A stretch of DNA of 64,000 nucleotides from Eubacteriales bacterium (GTDB lineage: Bacteria > Bacillota > Clostridia > Lachnospirales > Lachnospiraceae), in the NCBI GenBank assembly GCA_030527665.1, contig JAUNAK010000003.1:10942-74941 (forward strand). The letters run 5' to 3'. The position numbers and the translations under genes were made by a program. Positions 57,314 to 64,000 of the stretch are shown here, piece after piece. Under the pieces are notes generated by a model that saw only the letters and a program-made list of their open reading frames with translations, was not told the origin of the DNA and did no database searches. Each line of letters opens with the position of its first letter. Position 1 is the first letter of the stretch.

Positions 57314-58522
57314 ATGAAGAATTTTATATTCATTTCACCGAATTTCCCGGAAAACTACTATTTATTCTGCATGCATCTGAAAAACAACGGCATGAACGTA
57401 CTGGGAATCGGAGATCAGCCCTATGATGAACTGCTTCCGCAGCTGAAGGAAAGTCTTACCGAGTACTACAAGGTCGACTCTCTGGAAAATTATGACGATG
57501 TGTATCGTGCCTGTGCATATTTTGCCTTCAAATACGGCCGCATCGACTGGCTGGAATCCAACAACGAATACTGGCTGATGCAGGATGCTTCCCTTCGCAC
57601 CGATTTCAATATTCCCACCGGTTTTCACACGGAGGATATGACCTGCATCAAATATAAAAGTGCCATGAAGGCAAACTATGCGGTTGCAGGCATTCCGACC
57701 GCCAGATACCATCTGGTACAGGCAAAAGACGACTGTCTGGAATTCATTCGGGAGGTCGGCTATCCGGTCGTTGTAAAACCGGATAACGGTGTGGGTGCTT
57801 CCCATACCTATAAATTGAAATGTGAGAATGATCTGGATGCTTTTCTGTCTGAACGCGCTGCGGAATATCCGGATGTACCTTTCATTATGGAAGAATATGT
57901 CAACGCAACGGTCAACAGTTACGATGCCATTGTCAACCTTGATGGCGAAGTTCTGTTTGAGACCGGCAACGTCACACTGGATTCCATCATGGATACCGTG
58001 AATGATGAAGGCAATTCTCTCTGCTATATCCGCAAGGATCTGCCGGAAGATATCCGTGAGGCAGGACGGAAGACACTGAAAGCCTTCCATGTACGTGGAA
58101 GATTTATTCATCTGGAGTTTTTCCGTCTGAATGAAGACCAGGAAGGTCTGGGAAAGAAGGGGGCCATTGTCGGTCTGGAAGTAAATATGCGTCCGGCAGG
58201 CGTTTTCCTTCCGGATATGATGAACTATGCACATACGACCGATGTTTATAAGATCTGGGCTGACATGGTCGTCTTCGGACACTCCGAGACCGCGCAGGGA
58301 GAACATAAATACTGTGCATTTATCGGCCGCAGAGACAGCAAAGATTACAAACTTACCGATGAGACAGCCAGAGAACTCTATCCGGAAAATATCATCCGTG
58401 TTTTCCGCCTCCCCGAGGCGATGGCTGCCGCTATGGGCAATGTCATTACCATCGCTTCCTTTACGGAGGAAGAGGATATGATGGCCTTCCTGAAAGCAAT
58501 GGGGGAAATCAATGGAAATTAA
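57314..58522 (+). CDS. ATP-grasp domain protein (carboxylate-amine ligase-like)
   Basis: GYPVVVKPDNGVGA, MEEYV, FIHLEFF and EVNMRP motifs. Confidence 0.88.
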   Translation: MKNFIFISPNFPENYYLFCMHLKNNGMNVLGIGDQPYDELLPQLKESLTEYYKVDSLENYDDVYRACAYFAFKYGRIDWLESNNEYWLMQDASLRTDFNIPTGFHTEDMTCIKYKSAMKANYAVAGIPTARYHLVQAKDDCLEFIREVGYPVVVKPDNGVGASHTYKLKCENDLDAFLSERAAEYPDVPFIMEEYVNATVNSYDAIVNLDGEVLFETGNVTLDSIMDTVNDEGNSLCYIRKDLPEDIREAGRKTLKAFHVRGRFIHLEFFRLNEDQEGLGKKGAIVGLEVNMRPAGVFLPDMMNYAHTTDVYKIWADMVVFGHSETAQGEHKYCAFIGRRDSKDYKLTDETARELYPENIIRVFRLPEAMAAAMGNVITIASFTEEEDMMAFLKAMGEINGN

Positions 58523-59228
58523 ATATTATAAAGACTACAGTCTTTCCATGGGAAGGGATATGGAAGTGAAAACCTGGGGACATGCCGGATTCCCGGTGCT
58601 TTTCATCCCCTGTCAGGATGGAAGATTCTATGATTTCGAGAACTACCGGATGGTGGACACCATGGCTCCCTGGATCGAGAGCGGCCAGATTACGGTTTAC
58701 TCCATCGATACCGTTGACCGGGAGACCTGGTCCGATCCCCATGCCGATCCACGCAAAAAGGCAGAGCTCTATGAGCGCTGGCTCACCTTTATCTGTGATG
58801 AGCTTGTTCCTTTTGCCGGGGGCAAAATGATGGTCATGGGCTGCAGCCTGGGTGCAACACATGCTGCGATCCTCTATTACAGATGTCCGGACCTGTTCAC
58901 AAAGCTGCTGGCGATCAGCGGAATCTATACTTCGACTTTTGGCTTTGGCGATTACCATGACGATCTGACCTATTTCTACTCTCCGATCGATTTTCTGGCA
59001 AATATGCCGGCTGATCACCCGTATATCGAGCTGTATAACCAGGGGAAATCCGTGCTCTGCTCCGGGCAGGGTGCCTGGGAGATGCCGGAATACACGAAGC
59101 GTATGAAACAGATCCTCGAGTCCAAAGGTATTCATACCTGGGTAGATCTCTGGGGCTATGATGTCAATCATGACTGGCCCTGGTGGTACAAGATGGTGGA
59201 TTATTTCATGCATTATCTGTTTTCTTAA
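58512..59228 (+). CDS. Putative esterase (alpha/beta hydrolase)
   Basis: GHAGFPVLFIP, GCSLGA and VNHDWPWW motifs; overlaps the ATP-grasp stop. Confidence 0.85.
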   Translation: MEIKYYKDYSLSMGRDMEVKTWGHAGFPVLFIPCQDGRFYDFENYRMVDTMAPWIESGQITVYSIDTVDRETWSDPHADPRKKAELYERWLTFICDELVPFAGGKMMVMGCSLGATHAAILYYRCPDLFTKLLAISGIYTSTFGFGDYHDDLTYFYSPIDFLANMPADHPYIELYNQGKSVLCSGQGAWEMPEYTKRMKQILESKGIHTWVDLWGYDVNHDWPWWYKMVDYFMHYLFS

Positions 59229-59247
59229 ACACTTTCTGCAATTGAAC

Positions 59248-59279
59248 AAAAAAGATCGGCCGTGAGGCCGATCTTTTTT
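59248..59279. terminator. Bidirectional intrinsic terminator
   Basis: AAAAAAGATCGGCC-GTGA-GGCCGATCTTTTTT. Confidence 0.9.
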
Positions 59280-59282
59280 GTA

Positions 59283-61592
59283 TTAGTTATTATTATCAAA
59301 TGCATTTCTGTAGCGGTACAGAATGATCGACATCTGGAATCGCAGACACTTTCCATTAGGCTGGAATTTGCCGCTGCTGTATCCTTTTACAAGTCCTGCC
59401 GACTCGCACCAGTTTACAGCTTTCACCATATTGGCAGTAAGTCCATCCTGTCCTGCTTTTACATCCGGGAAGGAGCTGACTGCAGCAGCTTCCGGTTTAT
59501 CTGCATATTTCCAAAGCATAACTGCAACCTGTGCTCTTGTTACCGGATCATTCGGTTTGAAGGTTCCATCCGCATATCCATTGATGATTCCTTCAGAAGT
59601 TGCCCATGCCAAAGCTTTGTATGTGTCAGATTCTTTTGCATACTTTGCATCAGAAAATGCTTTTACAGTTTCAGCTTCCGGTCTGCCGGCATATCTCCAG
59701 AGGAAGATCACGAAATCCTTGCGGGATGTTTCATTAAAGGAACCAAAATAAACACGATCATAACCCTTTGTGATTCCTGCATCAGCCATCCAGTTAATAG
59801 AGTCTGCAATGTTCTTTGTAATGGTATTTCCTGCACTATCGGAAACACCGACAACTGCATCGTAGAAATTAACAGTAAGGCTGCAGCTTGCTGAAGCTCC
59901 ATTGGCTGCAGCTGCGGTAATTACGCAGTTTCCGTAACGATGTGCTGTTACAAGACCATTTTCATCGACAGTAGCAACACTTTCATCATCCGATGTCCAG
60001 GTAACGGTTTTATCAGCTGTATTCTCCGGAAGTACGGCTGCTGCCAGCTGGTATGTACTGTTAGTTACCATAGATACTGCTTCGTCGCTGATCGTGATCG
60101 ATGCCGGTACGACTTTCTCATATGCTGCAAATACTTCCAGATAACGATTGCTTGCCAGTCCGGAAATATCTGCTGCCAGATTCTCTCCTACTGCTGCGCC
60201 TGCTTCTGTACGAACAACTTTGTAAGATGCATTTCCAACTGTCCAGCCGATCTGACGATATGTCTCGCCTTCGATCGTTACATCTGCACCTGCAATGGCA
60301 CCTGTAGGAATCGATGCAACAGGATCCGTCGACTCAACTGTATTTCCTGTCTTATACGGTCTGTACATTCCTCTGGATTCAACCCAGGTATAGATCTTGT
60401 ACATTCCCTTGTAAGTAGTCTCTTTCCAGCCTGCATACAGTGTGATATCACCGGTCACCTCTGCTGCAAAATCATATGCTGCTGTCAGCTCTGCATCTGT
60501 GAACCAGCCGGTGAATGTATAGTCCTCTTTTACCGGTACTGTCGGTTCTGCTGCTTTTTCTCCCTGTGCTACGACCTGCTCCGCTGTCTCACTGCCACCA
60601 TTACCCTCAAAGCGAACGGTAAAGGATTTATTTTCTACTTTCTCGTATGCTGCAAATACTTCCAGATAACGATTGCTTGCCAGTCCGGAAATATCAGCTG
60701 CCAGATTCTCTCCTACTGCTGCGCCTGCTTCTGTACGAACAACTTTGTAAGATGCATTTCCAACTGTCCAGCCGATCTGACGATATGTCTCGCCTTCGAT
60801 CGTTACATCTGCACCTGCAATGGCACCTGTAGGAATCGATGCAACAGGATCCGTCGACTCAACTGTATTTCCTGTCTTATACGGTCTGTACATTCCTCTG
60901 GACTCAACCCAGGTATAGATCTTGTACATTCCCTTGTAAGTAGTCTCTTTCCAACCAGCATACAATGTAATATCACCGGTTACCTCTGCTGCAAAATCAT
61001 AAGGAACGGTCAGTTCTTCATCTGCAAACCATCCGGTGAATGTATATCCTTCTCTTACCGGAGTTTCCGGAGCAGCTGGCGTCTCGCCCTCTGCAATGAC
61101 CTGTGCCGGTACCTCGCTGCCTCCATTGCCTGCAAAGCTAACCGTATATTCAGAAGACAGCACAGTTACTGTCACGCCCTCATAACTGTATACACCACGC
61201 GAACTGTCATAGGTTCTGGTACCCAGATCAACCACTGTATCCTTGTAGCCTTCCGCTTTGATCGTAAAGGCAATATGTTCTTCCTGCTCATCGCTGATAT
61301 ACAAGGTACCATTATTCACTGCCCAGATATAGCTCTGGTATCTTACATTTCGATCCAGTGCATCCGCTTTCGCATACACAGAACTGTCTGTACTGATTTC
61401 TGTGATTGCATTCAGCCATTCATCGGCATCCGCAAATTGTAACTGGTAAAAAAGCCGATAGTAATTACCTGATTTCACATCGACTACTTCTGCCTGTGGT
61501 GTATTTGTTTCTGCGATTGCAGCAACGGAATTGCTCAAAGCCATTACCATCACAAGAAGCAGAACACCAATTTTTCTTGTTATTCTTTTCAT
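59283..61592 (-). CDS. SLH-domain surface protein with InlB B-repeats, Big_2 domain and duplicated module
   Basis: Signal peptide; two YTFTGWF...VTGDITLYAGW repeats; VTWTSDDESVATVD Big_2 domain; three SLH motifs (e.g. GYADGTFKPNDPVTRAQ). Confidence 0.88.
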   Translation of the reverse strand: MKRITRKIGVLLLVMVMALSNSVAAIAETNTPQAEVVDVKSGNYYRLFYQLQFADADEWLNAITEISTDSSVYAKADALDRNVRYQSYIWAVNNGTLYISDEQEEHIAFTIKAEGYKDTVVDLGTRTYDSSRGVYSYEGVTVTVLSSEYTVSFAGNGGSEVPAQVIAEGETPAAPETPVREGYTFTGWFADEELTVPYDFAAEVTGDITLYAGWKETTYKGMYKIYTWVESRGMYRPYKTGNTVESTDPVASIPTGAIAGADVTIEGETYRQIGWTVGNASYKVVRTEAGAAVGENLAADISGLASNRYLEVFAAYEKVENKSFTVRFEGNGGSETAEQVVAQGEKAAEPTVPVKEDYTFTGWFTDAELTAAYDFAAEVTGDITLYAGWKETTYKGMYKIYTWVESRGMYRPYKTGNTVESTDPVASIPTGAIAGADVTIEGETYRQIGWTVGNASYKVVRTEAGAAVGENLAADISGLASNRYLEVFAAYEKVVPASITISDEAVSMVTNSTYQLAAAVLPENTADKTVTWTSDDESVATVDENGLVTAHRYGNCVITAAAANGASASCSLTVNFYDAVVGVSDSAGNTITKNIADSINWMADAGITKGYDRVYFGSFNETSRKDFVIFLWRYAGRPEAETVKAFSDAKYAKESDTYKALAWATSEGIINGYADGTFKPNDPVTRAQVAVMLWKYADKPEAAAVSSFPDVKAGQDGLTANMVKAVNWCESAGLVKGYSSGKFQPNGKCLRFQMSIILYRYRNAFDNNN
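60112..61045. repeat. 525-bp internal direct duplication in the SLH protein gene
   Basis: 60121-60427 is nearly identical to 60646-60952; the adjoining B-repeat part is more diverged. Confidence 0.92.
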
Positions 61593-61879
61593 TCATTCTT
61601 CCTTTCTTACTGCCCGAAATTATCGTCATGTAACGATAGTTAATTATATACAACTTCCATTAGTAGATATTAACAGAAAATCTTTTTTTGTCAATTAATA
61701 TAAAGTTATTTTTTAACTTTCTTATGAAAATTCCATTTCTTAATCAAATTGCTCGATCAATAAAAAATGCTGTCCGGCATGATTGCACAAGCAGCCATGC
61801 CGGACAGCGTTTTCCAAATCGTTTCACACGAAATTTGTTTTTATTCTTCTCTTATCAAATTTGTTTTTATTTTCTTGTT

Positions 61880-62638
61880 TTACGGCTCGAAAAATTCGAT
61901 CATCTTCTGAATAGCAAAATCCATATAATCCGGATTTGAAAATGGATGATCGGCATTTTCCACAGCCACCAGTTCGATCACGTTGTTTTCTGAAAATGCT
62001 TCCGCAACAGCAAACGGAGCCATATCATCCTTTGTTCCATGAATCATCAGAATATTATCCGCATACTCCAGATAGTCATTTTGACTGACGTCATGTTCTT
62101 TCAATTCTTCCAGAAACTCTTTGGATATTTTAATTTTACGGTCAAATCCTCGAAGGATCTCTTTTCCCTTATTCAGCTTGTTCCAATCCTCATCTGTAAT
62201 ATGCTGCGCCATGGCATCATACATACAGATTGCCGGACAGCGAAACGCTGTTCTGTCAAAAGGATCTTCTGCCTTTTCATCGATATAGCGAAGAGTTACA
62301 TATGCACCAAAACTGGAGGAATAATTATAGATCTTTTCCGCATGCATCTCCTCTTTCACATAATTTTTCACCTGCTCCAGATATGTAATGCATTCCTCCA
62401 GTATCAGCTTGTTGCGGGCATCCTTTCCATGACAAGGCCAGTCAAAACACACAACTCCGTAGCCTTTGTATTTGGTAGTGATCCGATCCGCAAACTTTTC
62501 AATTGCCTTGTTATCCTTATTTCCGCCGAATCCATACGTAGCTATCACAATATGGGTCAGACTGCGGATATCCTTATTGTAATAGAGCTTGCAGCGAATA
62601 CTGAAGCCATGTTCATTTATATCAAAATATTTCTCCAT
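61880..62638 (-). CDS. Alpha/beta-fold hydrolase
   Basis: YGFGGNKD, FDWPCHG, SSSFGA, IHGTKDDMAP and ADHPF motifs. Confidence 0.85.
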   Translation of the reverse strand: MEKYFDINEHGFSIRCKLYYNKDIRSLTHIVIATYGFGGNKDNKAIEKFADRITTKYKGYGVVCFDWPCHGKDARNKLILEECITYLEQVKNYVKEEMHAEKIYNYSSSFGAYVTLRYIDEKAEDPFDRTAFRCPAICMYDAMAQHITDEDWNKLNKGKEILRGFDRKIKISKEFLEELKEHDVSQNDYLEYADNILMIHGTKDDMAPFAVAEAFSENNVIELVAVENADHPFSNPDYMDFAIQKMIEFFEP

Positions 62639-62662
62639 CTCGCTCTTCCTATTCCTATCTGA

Positions 62663-62746
62663 TCATATATCTATTTACGCATCTATTTGTATATCCATTT
62701 GCGTATCTGTTTATACACCTGCTTGTGCATCTATTTATATATCTGT
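62663..62746. repeat. Seven imperfect 12-bp tandem repeats straddling the LysR stop codon
   Basis: Units begin at 62663, 62675, 62687, 62699, 62711, 62723 and 62735; consensus approximately TT(A/G)TRYATCTRT. Confidence 0.85.
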
Positions 62747-63619
62747 TTTTAACCTCTTCACAGCATATTCCGCAAATTTCCGCACCGCAGGAGATGCCGT
62801 TTCCAGTGACAGCGCAGCAATTCCCATCTGCAGAGAATACTTTGGCTCAATAGGAATCGCACGCAGCCTGCGCTCTTCCCCGCATCTCCACAGACTTGCC
62901 TGATTGATCATACTGATTCCCAATCCTCGCTCTACCATATCCAACAGAATATAGCTATCAAAGGTAGACAGATACACATCCGGCACGATTCCATGCTGTC
63001 CGAGGATCTCCACAACATCATAATCGAAACCATGCTCGGTCATGATAAAGCGTTCACCGGCAAACTTTTCAACAGGAAAACAAACAGCTCCTGCCATCGC
63101 ATGCGTATCCGGAACCACCGCCAGCATCGGATCCTCCTGGAGCGGGATCCAGTCATATCTGCCGGTCATCGTCGAATTATTGAAAAACGCCAGATCTGCC
63201 TTTCCCTCCTGAAGACGCTGTACGATATCCTTCTGCGTTCCTTCATATAAATTGATTCTGACCTGTGGAAAATCCTTCTGAAAAGCCCCGATCAGTTCCG
63301 GCATCCACGCAGATGCAAGACTGTGGTAGGAAGCCAGATTGATCGTACCATATATTTTCCCGTTCAGATCTGCCGAGACCTGCAGCAGTGTATTCTCCTG
63401 TGCGACCAGACGTCGGATCACAGGAAGTACCGTTTCTCCAGCTGCTGTCAGGGTCACACCCTTTTTCCCTCGAAAAAAAAGTGTCAGCTGCAGCTCCTCT
63501 TCCAATGCGTGGATCAACTGACTGATTCCAGACGATGTATATCCAAGAGCTTCCGCAGCCATGCGGATACTTCCGGTCTCGGCGGCCGTTATAAATGCCC
63601 GATATCGTGCTGTATCCAT
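62735..63619 (-). CDS. LysR-family transcriptional regulator
   Basis: GSIRMAAEALGYTSSGISQLIHALEEELQLTLFFR HTH and a substrate-binding domain. Confidence 0.95.
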   Translation of the reverse strand: MDTARYRAFITAAETGSIRMAAEALGYTSSGISQLIHALEEELQLTLFFRGKKGVTLTAAGETVLPVIRRLVAQENTLLQVSADLNGKIYGTINLASYHSLASAWMPELIGAFQKDFPQVRINLYEGTQKDIVQRLQEGKADLAFFNNSTMTGRYDWIPLQEDPMLAVVPDTHAMAGAVCFPVEKFAGERFIMTEHGFDYDVVEILGQHGIVPDVYLSTFDSYILLDMVERGLGISMINQASLWRCGEERRLRAIPIEPKYSLQMGIAALSLETASPAVRKFAEYAVKRLKTDI

Positions 63620-63689
63620 ATGTATCCTCTCCTTTTTCGGTTGTCCAAAATATTTTCCGCATGTCAGAGAACCACACTTGCCTTTTCTG

Positions 63690-63740
63690 CTGCTCTGCCG
63701 GTTCGGTCTGCTCTGCCAGTTTTGTCTGCTCTGTCAAAAC
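63690..63740. repeat. Three imperfect 18-bp tandem repeats upstream of lysR
   Basis: CTGCTCTG(C/T) recurs at 63690, 63708 and 63726. Confidence 0.75.
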
Positions 63741-63963
63741 CATCTGCGAAGCAAATACATGCTCTATGCTAAGTTTTACTTAATGTATCCTAAACAAACC
63801 GTAGTTTTACTTCATTATCTTCCGATTATAAAATAAAGATAGAAAGTACACAAGTACAATATTTTTCGTAACCGGTGCCTGCGCTTCCTGCTTCAAACAC
63901 AGGAAGTATATCCGACAGACACTCTGAAAAAAGCATATTTCTATCTTTTTGGGGGGTATTCTT

Positions 63964-64000
63964 ATGATTATGATGAAAGCAGCCGCAGCAAAAATGAATG
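63964..64000 (+). CDS. Possible 5' end of a gene divergent from lysR (truncated by window edge)
   Basis: GGGGGT RBS-like sequence, then ATG ATT ATG ATG AAA..., open to the window end. Confidence 0.3.
   Translation, partial: MIMMKAAAAKMN

Noticed and set aside
63243-63743. 166-aa ORF starting in the 18-bp repeat
   Set aside because: No RBS, and it overlaps lysR out of frame, whereas lysR has a strong GGAGG RBS.
1-64000. Mobile elements, prophage, tRNA, rRNA, selenocysteine read-through or programmed frameshifts
   Set aside because: I found no integrase, transposase or phage motifs and no RNA-gene signatures. The recognised ORFs are intact.

Overview
Chromosomal segment of an anaerobic, butyrate-producing Firmicute. 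A Lachnospiraceae-like assignment is inferred from gene content and protein style. Most genes are on the minus strand, and I saw no rRNA, tRNA, CRISPR array, transposase or phage genes. Core metabolism includes the start of a four-subunit pyruvate:ferredoxin oxidoreductase operon (porC-porD-porA, cut by the left edge), the butyryl-CoA operon thl-crt-hbd-bcd-etfB-etfA with tandem Rex-like operators, hom, cls, mscS, two Na/Pi cotransporters and several other transporters and hydrolases. The most interesting region is 4.5-14.1 kb, a co-oriented cluster of a stand-alone PqqD/RRE protein, a MalT-like LuxR regulator, a large secreted fibro-slime protein, a 91-aa Cys-containing precursor-like peptide (YxxP leader, C-terminal Ser), an HPr-kinase-like P-loop protein, a radical SAM/SPASM enzyme and a membrane-anchored protein. 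It looks like an uncharacterised RiPP system combining radical SAM chemistry with peptide phosphorylation, and it has a MalT-box-like operator at the expected promoter position. Other points of interest are a xanthine-dehydrogenase-family operon whose FAD subunit carries a GltD-like flavoprotein inserted into its Fe-S loop, an AraC-GH39 fusion facing a sugar symporter, an esterase/ATP-grasp/esterase trio, an SLH protein with a 525-bp internal duplication, a 172-bp palindromic intergenic element and several short tandem repeats. All family assignments come from motif recognition by eye; no database searches were run.
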